From a virus (Duplodnaviria > Caudoviricetes): DNA of 64,000 bases. The stretch spans positions 32,001 to 96,000 of the IMG/VR virus record IMGVR_UViG_3300033498_000048; one strand, given 5' to 3'. This document shows positions 1 to 9,032 of this stretch, piece by piece (position 1 is the stretch's first letter; every line of letters begins with the position of its first letter). The position numbers and the translations under genes were made by a program. The notes below the pieces were generated by a model. That model saw only the letters and a list, made by a program, of their open reading frames with translations, searched no databases and was not told the DNA's origin.

Positions 1-388
1 CATTAGTTCCAATTAACAATCCTTCTGTACCACCTTTTGGAACATACAACACTGAATCTTGGTCATACTTATTTCCCAACTTTAGTATCTCAGACTTCAA
101 ATCACCCGTATCTTTTAAATCAACAACAAATAATGATTCTTCAGAAACTTCAACGGCATCTTCAGTACCATAATCTTCAATATAAGCACCTTTTACAGCA
201 GTTACACCGAATTTCTTTTCTAGTGTAGATTTTAACTCACGGTTTAATCCTTGGTTAATAGCTTTGGTATTTTTACCACGGAACGCTGTTATGAATCCAG
301 TATCGTGGTCTTGCATTGCTTGCCATGTGCGACTTAAAGAAGCCTCACTGATTACATTACTTTTATAAAATTCATCAAACGATAACAT
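1..388 (-). CDS. Partial (runs off window start) putative capsid-internal protein with T4 capsid-targeting-like leader
   Basis: Not in ORF track; manual translation from ATG 388 is open to base 2: MLSFDEFYKSNVISEASLSRTWQAMQDHDTGFITAFRG...LGNKYDQDSVLYVP; GAGGT RBS; TATAAATA at 412-419 (-). Confidence 0.8.
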   Translation of the reverse strand, partial: MLSFDEFYKSNVISEASLSRTWQAMQDHDTGFITAFRGKNTKAINQGLNRELKSTLEKKFGVTAVKGAYIEDYGTEDAVEVSEESLFVVDLKDTGDLKSEILKLGNKYDQDSVLYVPKGGTEGLLIGTN

Positions 389-411
389 ACACACCTCTAA
401 GGTTAAATATG

Positions 412-419
412 TATTTATA
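412..419 (-). promoter_or_regulatory. T4-type late promoter TATAAATA
   Basis: Exact reverse complement (tatttata) 23 nt upstream of ATG 388. Confidence 0.7.
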
Positions 420-614
420 TTCACCAATTATTAAGATAAGTCAATACCCTAGTTTCTGCAATTTCTTCAATTAACGCACACGCCAATCTCAATAAATATG
501 TATGACAAGAACTATATTGTGGATTTAATTTATTACTATATAAATTTCATCTGTAATCATACCACTCAACACCATCTTTAAAAGACACATTTCTATGGTT
601 TCTACCAATTTGTT

Positions 615-818
615 TCATAATACACATCTCCAACATTCAACTACAGAATCATCATCTTCAAATGTAAAACCTAAACGCATTGTTTCGTTGTGGGTCGTGA
701 TTCCCTTTACAGTATTAACCTTATTACCAGATTTAAATGGTTTATTTGAACGCTTTTTAACTAGCTGTCCTATTAGGTGTTGATATAGGTCGACACTTTC
801 ATTCTCAAATTTTTTCAT
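615..818 (-). CDS. Small conserved-type phage hypothetical protein
   Basis: 67 aa, GGAG RBS; KKRSNKPFKSG...VEC pattern recalled from myovirus hypotheticals. Confidence 0.75.
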   Translation of the reverse strand: MKKFENESVDLYQHLIGQLVKKRSNKPFKSGNKVNTVKGITTHNETMRLGFTFEDDDSVVECWRCVL

Positions 819-830
819 AATAATTGACTC

Positions 831-1421
831 CTAACTAAGATTAATTGATTGTCCACAGAATGGACAATATTTAATGTCAATAACATCTTCACCCACCATC
901 TTAACATTCCGATTTTCACACACTCCCACAATTGTAGATGAGTAATCAATTCCATCACTTAATGTATATTTCCCATTGCAAGATTTTTTAGTAAGTGGAT
1001 CCATATCTTCAATATGCACAAATCCATCACGACCAACATATAACCGGAACACATCACCAATTTCCTCACCTTGGGCTTGCATTTCGCCAGTTAGTCCAAA
1101 TTCTGGAAATTCCTCACGCATGAATAATATAATAAGATTAAGCTCCTCAATTGGTATAAGGTATTCATCATAAGCTTCAATACCCGTTTCATCATCTTTG
1201 ATTGTTGTTGTAATCAAGCTATCAATTGAATCTTTTAAAACATCTGGGTATTGAAGCTGGTATTTTTTAAATAGGGTTGGAATGTGAATTGCCTCTTTTT
1301 TTGCCCTTCTTTCAGCGTTACCATATAAAGATTTAAGACGATGATATTGTGCATCGGTCAATTCATTAACAAAATTTAGTGAACCTGAATAACTTACTGA
1401 ATAACTCATAATAAACTCCAA
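831..1421 (-). CDS. Hypothetical protein with C-terminal Zn-ribbon; paralog of 43486-44037
   Basis: GEMQAQGEEIGDVF and YCPFCG shared with the 43486 ORF; likely start at the MSYSV Met. Confidence 0.8.
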   Translation of the reverse strand: MEFIMSYSVSYSGSLNFVNELTDAQYHRLKSLYGNAERRAKKEAIHIPTLFKKYQLQYPDVLKDSIDSLITTTIKDDETGIEAYDEYLIPIEELNLIILFMREEFPEFGLTGEMQAQGEEIGDVFRLYVGRDGFVHIEDMDPLTKKSCNGKYTLSDGIDYSSTIVGVCENRNVKMVGEDVIDIKYCPFCGQSINLS

Positions 1422-1819
1422 AAATCAAATGTTAAATTTCTTCATAGTTCCAAGATACTGGAGAATGATTTTTTACAAAATGGTCGTAAGCTGCTTTTGA
1501 ACTAGCGTAAACAACATCTTCAAAATTTCCAGATACAGTTCCACACATTGGGTGTGTGGCTACAAAATCATTGATAAAAGGTAATAATCCTCATTTACTT
1601 CTGTTGTAATTGTCCAACACTTGAATGTTGTTTTGAATATTGTTTATGTTATTCAATATCACTATAAGCAAGTTCTGTAACACACTCTGGACTCAAAGTT
1701 ACAGCAGAAGTGATGTTGTCAACATTTGGTTCAATTTTAAATGGCAGCTTTTTATTTTTCATATAATGTCCTTAAAAAGATGGAATCTAATCCACAATAG
1801 TCAAGTATTCAGTATTATA

Positions 1820-2002
1820 TCAAGCGAACTCTGCTATATCTATTAACAACACATCAATATCAGTATAAAAATGTTCAAGCGTTGGTTCAGTCGTTACAAT
1901 GCTACCACCTTCAATATGGTCTATTGTAAATTTCATTTTAGCTAAGTCATTGCCTTGGCTTTGGATTGTTTGTAAATATTTTAAAACATCTAGTGCTGTC
2001 AT
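1820..2002 (-). CDS. Hypothetical protein
   Basis: 60 aa, GAGGT RBS, co-directional with neighbours. Confidence 0.6.
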   Translation of the reverse strand: MTALDVLKYLQTIQSQGNDLAKMKFTIDHIEGGSIVTTEPTLEHFYTDIDVLLIDIAEFA

Positions 2003-2083
2003 TTTAATTAAACCTCTAACTTGTGTGAAATTTGATTTGTGTAATATACATACATTAAAAACAATTGTAAACCTAAATCGTGT

Positions 2084-2335
2084 TCATTGTCTAAGCTGTG
2101 TAATAAGTTCAGCAAGTTCAACTTCCCTTGACTTTAATCGTTTACATTGTAATTCCAATTCTACACTAAATTTTTTAGATTTTTCGTGTCTATAGTTTTT
2201 GAGGTCAACTAAATCTCCATAGTATTCATTTACCCAATCAACAAATTGTTCATCGGATAGTGTTCCCAACCTGATTTCTTCATAAACATCATTACACGAT
2301 TTAATGGTCATAATGGTTCTCCAGATGGCAAACAA
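2084..2335 (-). CDS. Hypothetical protein
   Basis: 83 aa ORF; probable start at MTIKSC overlapping the upstream stop. Confidence 0.6.
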   Translation of the reverse strand: MFAIWRTIMTIKSCNDVYEEIRLGTLSDEQFVDWVNEYYGDLVDLKNYRHEKSKKFSVELELQCKRLKSREVELAELITQLRQ

Positions 2336-2586
2336 GGTGTGAAAATGACACCTACACCTGTTCCATCACCAACAGTACACCGTACATTAAGGTAATCGGA
2401 ACAGTATGTGTCCGAAAATAAACACCCTTTGCAGCTACCATTTGCCTCTACAATAACATTCTTAACTGCTGTTTTTCTTGCTTCCCTAATTCCTTTGCTT
2501 AGTTTTAGAATCGCTCCAACTGGGTATATAGTAGGAGTGGCTTTCCTAGAGTCTCTGGAAAAGTCTTTAAGTTTTAATTTTGGCAT
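2308..2586 (-). CDS. Cys-rich hypothetical protein (C-x-GC-x-F family); paralog of 51944-52219
   Basis: SCKGCLF...C...C...G.GV.F pattern; GGA RBS; promoter at 2706-2734. Confidence 0.7.
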   Translation of the reverse strand: MPKLKLKDFSRDSRKATPTIYPVGAILKLSKGIREARKTAVKNVIVEANGSCKGCLFSDTYCSDYLNVRCTVGDGTGVGVIFTPCLPSGEPL

Positions 2587-2705
2587 GGTTATTATCCTAT
2601 TTGATTTGTCTTACAAGTCAAGTATATTGATAACATCTTTACACAACCAATTAATTAAGATTTTGTGTAAATTGTCTTGTGCTGTCATTGTTAATTAAAA
2701 ATAGA

Positions 2706-2734
2706 ATTATACTTAGTTTGAATTTCAAAGTCAA
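2706..2734 (-). promoter_or_regulatory. sigma70-type early promoter
   Basis: TTGACT-17-TATAAT. Confidence 0.75.
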
Positions 2735-2934
2735 CTATTAATTTATTTTTCAATCGCATCAATTGCAATGATTTACAATTACTTGCGAAAAGTCCAAGGA
2801 CTTATATTCTATTCTGTCAAATAATGACTTAAGTGAACCATACCATTTATTATCTGAATATACCCAAACTTCTGATTCATTATTAATAACAACGGCGAAC
2901 TTACCAAGCTCATTAAAAAAATCAAACTCATATT

Positions 2935-3168
2935 TTACAACACAATAAACTCTGGAATCTTAATTGCAATAATATCATACTCGCTACTATATGTCCAATT
3001 CATATCAGACATTGCCTCAATCAATTTAATCACTTCACCCACAATATCAGTCATAATGGTTCTCCAGTTTCTGTACACCGTTTTAAGATTATAGCCACGC
3101 CAGACTTTGAATATACCTTGGCACAAGTAAGGTATTCCGTGCAGTTGAATAGTGGTAATAATAAGCAA
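2935..3168 (-). CDS. Hypothetical protein (start uncertain)
   Basis: 77 aa ORF; the shorter MTDIVGEV start has a GGAG RBS. Confidence 0.45.
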   Translation of the reverse strand: MLIITTIQLHGIPYLCQGIFKVWRGYNLKTVYRNWRTIMTDIVGEVIKLIEAMSDMNWTYSSEYDIIAIKIPEFIVL

Positions 3169-3186
3169 TTGTCACAAGTGAGCTGT

Positions 3187-3465
3187 TCACATCATTGTCT
3201 GTAAAAATGCCAATGTATTATCTGTCCAGTCAACCCACACTTTTAACGTTGGATTAGCGATGAGGGTTTCAACAATTTTTGCTGTGTAATCACAATTTCC
3301 ACCCTCAGCACATTTATATTGTGCCAAAAATCTTTTATTGTTCTTGCCATGATTACTATCTCCTTCTCCTAAATGATTATCTATAAACTGTGTGTGAAAG
3401 TATAAAGCAAAATAAATCAAATGTAAAGGTTTATTTGTCATTAGCAGTTCTAGGAGGTATAACAA
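3187..3465 (-). CDS. Hypothetical protein
   Basis: 92 aa ORF; listed TTG start lies in a repeat arm, so the true start is probably downstream. Confidence 0.55.
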   Translation of the reverse strand: MLYLLELLMTNKPLHLIYFALYFHTQFIDNHLGEGDSNHGKNNKRFLAQYKCAEGGNCDYTAKIVETLIANPTLKVWVDWTDNTLAFLQTMM

Positions 3466-3539
3466 ACTATCAATGACTTAGCACTTGGAACTATTATATA
3501 ACTAAGACCATACCGTAAGTGCTAAGTCATTGATAGTTT
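3464..3539. repeat. Palindromic element, single copy (perfect 23-bp inverted arms, 30-nt core)
   Basis: aaactatcaatgacttagcactt / ggaactattatataactaagaccataccgt / aagtgctaagtcattgatagttt. Confidence 0.95.
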
Positions 3540-3648
3540 ACTTTGTAAACACCACGTTACATCCTGTAAATCAGATTGGATTCGATATAAGCTAAACTCA
3601 TTGCATGGAATAAATATTCGTACAAGGTCGTCACTTGTATATGAATAG

Positions 3649-3965
3649 TTATCTACCAAAATAACTAACTATAGATATAATTCCATTGGATATTATCTTG
3701 TGAAGATGGTGTCCAAGTAATACATTATCACAATTTACAATTGGCTTACAGTGTAAGAAATCACTGAACCCTATTTGTTCTATGGTTATTGCTGGTATAT
3801 TAATTGGAACAAATATTGTCGATAACATTTCATTTGGAATATCTGACCAAGCTAACCACTTTTGCCACGAACTTTTTGCATCAGATACAAGTAATTCATC
3901 TAAAAGCAAAATCGGACTAATAACTTTGGTATTCGCAATCTTTGCTACATTGCTGTATTTTTCAT
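3649..3965 (-). pseudogene. Hypothetical gene apparently frameshifted in an A5 run just after ATG
   Basis: ATG 3965 with AAGGA RBS stops after 6 codons; one extra A gives an open MKKYSNVAKIANTKVISPILLLDE... joining ORF 3649-3909. Confidence 0.5.
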
Positions 3966-3966
3966 A

Positions 3967-5598
3967 TTACACTATAATCCTTGACATAATCTCTTGGTTT
4001 AATGCTATGCCCATTAAATCATTAGCAGTTTTTGGGTTTTTAACTGAACTATCAATTTGATTGCCCATTAAAAATCCTATGGTAGAACCGTTATATCCAC
4101 TCATATAAAACACATTTTCATTATCCCCGTATGTTTCAAATTTTGCTGTGGACTTTTTACCATAAAATGAATTTGGAATATCCCAAAATACAAATACAAA
4201 TTCGTCAACAAAAACACTAGGGAATCCACCTAATAACAATTCATTTTTAAAGCCTTCAACATTTGTTAATGTATCGGATTGACCAGCTTTATCAAATTCA
4301 CCATCACTTAAACACAATATTCCAGTAGGAAACCGTGATAATTCAATTCCAGATTTTAAAAAGTCAACAAATGACGTAGCCACTGCTAATAAGTTAGTTG
4401 AACCAACATTTTCTGAATTATCATTTTGGATTCTTTCAACTGGTGTTAATCCATTCCAAACCTTTAATGTTGCGTCAGTTCCAAACTCATAAAAAATGTT
4501 ATTAAATGGACCAGTCAACATATAACTGAAAAACAATGCTAATGATTTTCCAATATCATAACTAGATACTTTTAATCCATAAGCATTATCTGTCATTGAT
4601 AACGATGTATCGAGAACCGTAATAAAGTTGGCTTTTCGATTTACATTATTGGATGCCAATTCGACTAAACCCATAAATTGTTTATTGATTGTCATTGTTT
4701 CCATCAATGATAACTTTTTATTAGTGTGATTGGACTTAACTTTAGCTAACAATTCAAATGGATAGCCAGTATATTTAACAACAGGTTTATTATCAATCCA
4801 AGTTAAATACCTATCGGTTAAATTGTGTTTTTCTAAAAACTTAGATGAAACAAGTTTAGATAATGCTCTCCCTGGAATTGAATTAAAATCCAATTGTGAC
4901 ATCAATTGTTTACTGATTTGTTGCTGCCATGTGTTTGCAGTTCCACTTGATTTCAATTCACGGTACTTTTGATATGGACTAAAATCTCCACGTTTAATTT
5001 TACCAAACATCGTTGTGGCTAAATGTTTTGCAATATAATGTCTAGCTTGTATTCTTGGTGTCTTATTGGCAATATTTGAACTAATTGATGGTAAGTACAT
5101 TTTCACCAATCCAGTAGTTTGTGGATTTTCTAATCCAGCTAATATCAAATTAGTGAATGCTATCCAATTAAGTTTTCTATTAGCCCAACCATTATGCTCT
5201 AAATCATAAGTTAGCATTTGAAAAATGTCTTTCCATGACCCAGCACAAATAATCAATTCAATGTTGTTCCAAAATAATTCTGGAACAATTCTAGCTAACC
5301 ACATTGCCCTAATAATTGATTCGTGTTTTAAGCCTTGTCCACGTTGTACCGTTTCAGTAATTGTTCCATCAAAGAATTTAACTTTTCTATCAATTAATCT
5401 AAGATATAAGGTTAAAGCCAACGTTTTGTGTGGACATTGTGAATATAACAATCGCATATCAGCACTAATTGATTCCCATGTTCTAATTTCACGATAATGT
5501 GACACAGAACCAAACTGGTCAATAAAATCATCACCTGTTGTAGCGTACTTTAATGCTCCATTACCTGATTTTATTCCCACTGAATTTTTATTAATCAT
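3967..5598 (-). CDS. DUF2828 / TROVE-like protein with C-terminal vWA domain (Ro60-related)
   Basis: 543 aa; N-terminal ENGALK/STG-type start, LYLRLIDR, G.WKD; MIDAS-like VLDTSLSM and LCLSDGEFD; VFWDI. Confidence 0.75.
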   Translation of the reverse strand: MINKNSVGIKSGNGALKYATTGDDFIDQFGSVSHYREIRTWESISADMRLLYSQCPHKTLALTLYLRLIDRKVKFFDGTITETVQRGQGLKHESIIRAMWLARIVPELFWNNIELIICAGSWKDIFQMLTYDLEHNGWANRKLNWIAFTNLILAGLENPQTTGLVKMYLPSISSNIANKTPRIQARHYIAKHLATTMFGKIKRGDFSPYQKYRELKSSGTANTWQQQISKQLMSQLDFNSIPGRALSKLVSSKFLEKHNLTDRYLTWIDNKPVVKYTGYPFELLAKVKSNHTNKKLSLMETMTINKQFMGLVELASNNVNRKANFITVLDTSLSMTDNAYGLKVSSYDIGKSLALFFSYMLTGPFNNIFYEFGTDATLKVWNGLTPVERIQNDNSENVGSTNLLAVATSFVDFLKSGIELSRFPTGILCLSDGEFDKAGQSDTLTNVEGFKNELLLGGFPSVFVDEFVFVFWDIPNSFYGKKSTAKFETYGDNENVFYMSGYNGSTIGFLMGNQIDSSVKNPKTANDLMGIALNQEIMSRIIV

Positions 5599-5622
5599 GT
5601 TTATTTCCTTTAGTCAATATCT

Positions 5623-5883
5623 AACAATCAATGACTTAGCACTTGGAACAGGTTATTAATTACTTAATAGCTGCAAGTGCTAAGTCATTGATTGTTGGTT
5701 AAGTTACCATTCATACTCAATTATAAAGAATCAATAGGTTAGCACTTACATGGGTGTATTAGTTATATAACCGTTCTAAATGCTAAGTCATTGATTGTAT
5801 TATCATTCATTGTCATCTACTATAAATCAATGAGTTAGCACTTGGACGTTGTTACTGATTACCTAATCACGTCCAAGTGCTAA
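5623..5883. repeat. Array of three palindromic elements
   Basis: Units 5623-5696, 5729-5796, 5825-5883 (last right arm truncated); cores 30, 30, 31 nt. Confidence 0.95.
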
Positions 5884-5891
5884 AACTAGCT

Positions 5892-6194
5892 TCATTTGGT
5901 TTCGGCATCTTTAAAAACAGGTTGTATGAAGGTATTAACCTTTAAAATAACATCATTAACATTCACATCATCAATTGATATAGAGTAATCAACAACTTGT
6001 TTATTACCATAATTGATTAATTGAACTCGAATACGATTTAACCAGATAAAGATTAAGATGTTGATGTCAGGATAATCTGATTTGTGATACAAGCACGGAA
6101 AACCACATTGCGAACCAGATTGTAAGTCTACTCCAGTGATACCAGTTTTAACATTGTTGAAAATTTGATTTATTGTTTCATTCGTAAATGGCAT
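5892..6194 (-). CDS. Hypothetical protein bracketed by repeat arrays
   Basis: Track ORF to 6221; GGAG RBS favours ATG 6194 (MPFTNET). Confidence 0.7.
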   Translation of the reverse strand: MPFTNETINQIFNNVKTGITGVDLQSGSQCGFPCLYHKSDYPDINILIFIWLNRIRVQLINYGNKQVVDYSISIDDVNVNDVILKVNTFIQPVFKDAETK

Positions 6195-6213
6195 CTTAAT
6201 TTGCTCCGTATAT

Positions 6214-6668
6214 GTTAGCACTTGTAGTTATTAGGTAATTTGTAACACCTCTAAGTGCTATCTTGTTGATTTAATTGATAATAATATATACTAATATAAT
6301 CAATAAGTTAGCACTTAGAACAGTTATATAACTAAGACCAGACTGCAAGTGCTAACTCATTGATTCAAATGGCGTTTGATTAATTTAAGTTAATTCAATG
6401 AGTTAGCACTTAGGGCGTGTTACAAATTACCTAATGCCTGTAAGTGCTAACTCATTGATTCTTATGTAATACGATTTATATCAATTAATTCAATAAGATA
6501 GCATTTGGAGCGTGTTATAAATTACTTAACGACTGTAAGTGCTAACTCACTGATTTTTATATAATATAATTTACCTCAATTAAATCAATAAGATAGCACT
6601 TGGAGTCTGGTCTTAGTTATATAACTGTTCTAAGTGCTAACTCACTGATATACACACTGTTAGCATTT
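6214..6668. repeat. Array of five palindromic elements plus a trailing half-site
   Basis: Units 6214-6271, 6298-6365, 6393-6460, 6488-6555, 6583-6650; 95-bp period; half-site gttagcattt at 6659. Confidence 0.95.
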
Positions 6669-6677
6669 GCCTGATGG

Positions 6678-6908
6678 TTAATTTAAAAGTCTCCTATACA
6701 AATAACAATTAAGCTCTTTGTCAGACTTTATTGGAAAATACTCGTCTAATACTTCATCACATATCCAATAATCAGAACCACTAAAATCTATTTGTGGATA
6801 ATCATGCTTTAATTGTGATGAATATAATGTCTCACCTCGGTCTATACAATATCGTTGCGATATACTAATATACCCAGCTAATATTGCTTCAATTTTAAAG
6901 ATACTCAT
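6678..6908 (-). CDS. Hypothetical protein
   Basis: 76 aa, GAGGTG RBS. Confidence 0.65.
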   Translation of the reverse strand: MSIFKIEAILAGYISISQRYCIDRGETLYSSQLKHDYPQIDFSGSDYWICDEVLDEYFPIKSDKELNCYLYRRLLN

Positions 6909-7020
6909 TTACACCTCTTAATGGAACATATCCATGCTCGATAAACTTTTGTTTAAGCTCTTCCAATGACATTGAGTTAATACGTTCCATAGCTCGTTTA
7001 GCCAATTCTTGAATGTTCAT
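6895..7020 (-). CDS. Small hypothetical protein (41 aa)
   Basis: Below track cutoff; GGAG RBS; MNIQELAKRAMERINSMSLEELKQKF...; overlaps the next start. Confidence 0.55.
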   Translation of the reverse strand: MNIQELAKRAMERINSMSLEELKQKFIEHGYVPLRGVNEYL

Positions 7021-7050
7021 TTCACTTCTCCAATGTTTTTGATTGTGTTA

Positions 7051-7189
7051 GTTAGCACTTGCTGGATTCAGATATATTAACGATGTCAAAGTGCTTTCCA
7101 GTTAATATTCAATATCAATTAAAACAATGAGTTAGCACTTGGAGCTGTCTATTAATTAACTACCACTTGTAAGTGCTAACTTATTGTTT
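7051..7189. repeat. One degenerate and one intact palindromic element
   Basis: 7051-7095 (28-nt core); 7122-7189 (30-nt core) overlapping the stop of ORF 7188. Confidence 0.9.
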
Positions 7190-7433
7190 AATATCGTTTA
7201 TCTTGTTTTGACACCCATTCCCAAGCGGATTCTTCACTTTCAAAAACGTGGAATTGGGCAAAATGAATCTTTCTGTGTTTACAGTTTCTAATATCTAAAA
7301 AACTACCATTGTCATCTCCAGTTATATGATTCACAACATTAGTTGTCTTAAAATCTCTGGTTCCATTTTTATATCGAAGTTCAAGTATATTATACATTTT
7401 CATTAAACCTATCAATTGATTTGAATATTGCAT
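7188..7433 (-). CDS. Hypothetical protein
   Basis: 81 aa ORF; likely start at the MKMYNILE Met overlapping the upstream gene end. Confidence 0.6.
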   Translation of the reverse strand: MQYSNQLIGLMKMYNILELRYKNGTRDFKTTNVVNHITGDDNGSFLDIRNCKHRKIHFAQFHVFESEESAWEWVSKQDKRY

Positions 7434-7704
7434 TTAAGTTTTTAATTCCAACTGGATTAGCAGAATGAACTTGTAATTTTAATTGACTTGGATATTGTCC
7501 GTTATATGCCAATTCTTCTAAGTATTCAGCAATCGGAATGCTAGTTACTGGAATATCATTAATTGTTCCTAAGTCGTGGTCAAATGATATAACAGTTATT
7601 CTTTCTATAGATTCTTTTATCAGTTCCATAGCAGATTCTAAATCCCTAACTAATATCCAAGAACTGTCTGGTTGGTCTCTAATATCATCAATATATATTT
7701 TCAT
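7390..7704 (-). CDS. Cyclic-phosphate-processing receiver-domain protein
   Basis: KIYIDDIR...W..VR, ISFDHDLG, HSANPVG motifs; GAGGAG RBS. Confidence 0.8.
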   Translation of the reverse strand: MKIYIDDIRDQPDSSWILVRDLESAMELIKESIERITVISFDHDLGTINDIPVTSIPIAEYLEELAYNGQYPSQLKLQVHSANPVGIKNLNAIFKSIDRFNENV

Positions 7705-7723
7705 ATAAAACTCCTCATAATAA

Positions 7724-7791
7724 AATCAGTAGGTTAGCACTTGGAACGGTTATATAACTAATACCACGTTGTAAGTGCTAACTCATTGTTT
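7724..7791. repeat. Palindromic element, single copy
   Basis: aatcagtaggttagcactt / 30-nt core / aagtgctaactcattgttt, between a stop (7804) and the next RBS. Confidence 0.95.
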
Positions 7792-7803
7792 CGTATAGAA
7801 CGG

Positions 7804-8130
7804 CTAAGGAGCTATACCGACATCATAAGAATAATTATCACCATCACAATATCGCTCCACCCAATCTAAATATTCCTTAGATGGTTCATCATGTGTACAT
7901 ATTGAATATTCGCCTTTACCGTTACTCCACTTTCTTATCGAGATTTCCATTTTAGTGTTTTTTATGATTCTAGCTATCTGGTCTAATACCCACGCTTTAT
8001 GGTGTGAACCATCTATTTGTCCATATCGAAATAGATAATGTTCTATCCAATCTTCTTTAGTGTAATCTTTATATGGAGTGTTTTCTATATCAACTGGAAA
8101 TAGACCCAAATATCGTACTTCGTCTTTCAT
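7804..8130 (-). CDS. Conserved-type phage hypothetical; paralog of 50984-51310
   Basis: TPY..Y...DW...YGQIDG.HHKAWVLDQIAR, GIAP end. Confidence 0.75.
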   Translation of the reverse strand: MKDEVRYLGLFPVDIENTPYKDYTKEDWIEHYLFRYGQIDGSHHKAWVLDQIARIIKNTKMEISIRKWSNGKGEYSICTHDEPSKEYLDWVERYCDGDNYSYDVGIAP

Positions 8131-8262
8131 ATTTCAACCTCATTTAATTTTAGGGTTAGCTGGCTGTTGATTATAAAACTTTTATGTGATGTTCTATTGG
8201 AATGATAGTAATTGATTCTATCGTATGGATTTCACTACCTTCATATCCATACGGCATAAACT

Positions 8263-8577
8263 TTATGTGTTTTTTTCACATTTACTCCTTTGTTGTTTTC
8301 TAATATTAACACCACACATTAATAATTCTTCCCTCAAATTATTATCAAACGGATATTGTCTTAACTTACTAGCAAACATTCCATATCTATCAATTACTAA
8401 TTTGTTATCATTCAAAAGAACATAATATCCCTCTAAACTTTGTTGACAGATTTGAATTTGTGCATTTAATAATTCATATTCGTTGACATATCCCAATAAC
8501 ACATCTTCATTATCATATAACGGTATTCTAACATAATCAATAGTTTTCAACTCAATCATTCTTATTCTCCAGTTCAA
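8263..8577 (-). CDS. Hypothetical protein
   Basis: 104 aa ORF; probable start MIELKT with GGAG RBS. Confidence 0.6.
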   Translation of the reverse strand: MNWRIRMIELKTIDYVRIPLYDNEDVLLGYVNEYELLNAQIQICQQSLEGYYVLLNDNKLVIDRYGMFASKLRQYPFDNNLREELLMCGVNIRKQQRSKCEKNT

Positions 8578-8583
8578 CTTTAC

Positions 8584-8844
8584 CTAAAAACTAGGTCTAT
8601 ATTTCAACTTATCATATTCACTCTTGTCAATTAATTGTAGTTTTTTACCAATTAAGGTTTGGTTATAACAATCTATTATAACCAAACCAACTGCTTTCAA
8701 ATCCCAACCACATTCATTGCACCACACATGACCATCTATAGAGTTTAATATCGTATGGTTATCACCTACAATCATTGCATATTGGCTAGTCATTGACATT
8801 CCAATATTATCAAATTTTACTCCATTCACACGTTCAATATTCAC
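8584..8844 (-). CDS. Hypothetical protein
   Basis: 86 aa, GTG start, AAGGAG RBS. Confidence 0.65.
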   Translation of the reverse strand: MNIERVNGVKFDNIGMSMTSQYAMIVGDNHTILNSIDGHVWCNECGWDLKAVGLVIIDCYNQTLIGKKLQLIDKSEYDKLKYRPSF

Positions 8845-8866
8845 AACTAACTCCTTATAATAATTA

Positions 8867-9028
8867 AATCAATAAGTTAGCACTTATTGGCATTAGTTAA
8901 TTAGTAACACCGTCCAAGTGCTAACCTACTGATTTAATTGAGTATAATATACACTAATATTATCAATAGGTTAGCACTTGGACCAGTTAAGTAATTAATA
9001 CCACGTTGTAAGTGCTAACTCATTGATT
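8867..9028. repeat. Array of two palindromic elements
   Basis: 8867-8934 and 8961-9028; 30-nt cores, 26-nt linker. Confidence 0.95.
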
Positions 9029-9032
9029 TATA

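Noticed and set aside
6214-6668. CRISPR array interpretation of the repeat clusters
   Set aside because: Arms alternate in orientation, the intervening cores share conserved motifs and are reused or inverted, and no cas genes are present.
7724-7791. Elements as rho-independent terminators
   Set aside because: Stems are long and AT-rich with a 30-nt loop and no U-tract, and they occur in phased arrays and upstream of promoters.
5623-9028. Canonical integron attC sites
   Set aside because: GTTAGCA/TGCTAAC do not fit GTTRRRY/RYYYAAC and are in the opposite order within a unit; no IntI is seen. Only the layout is analogous.
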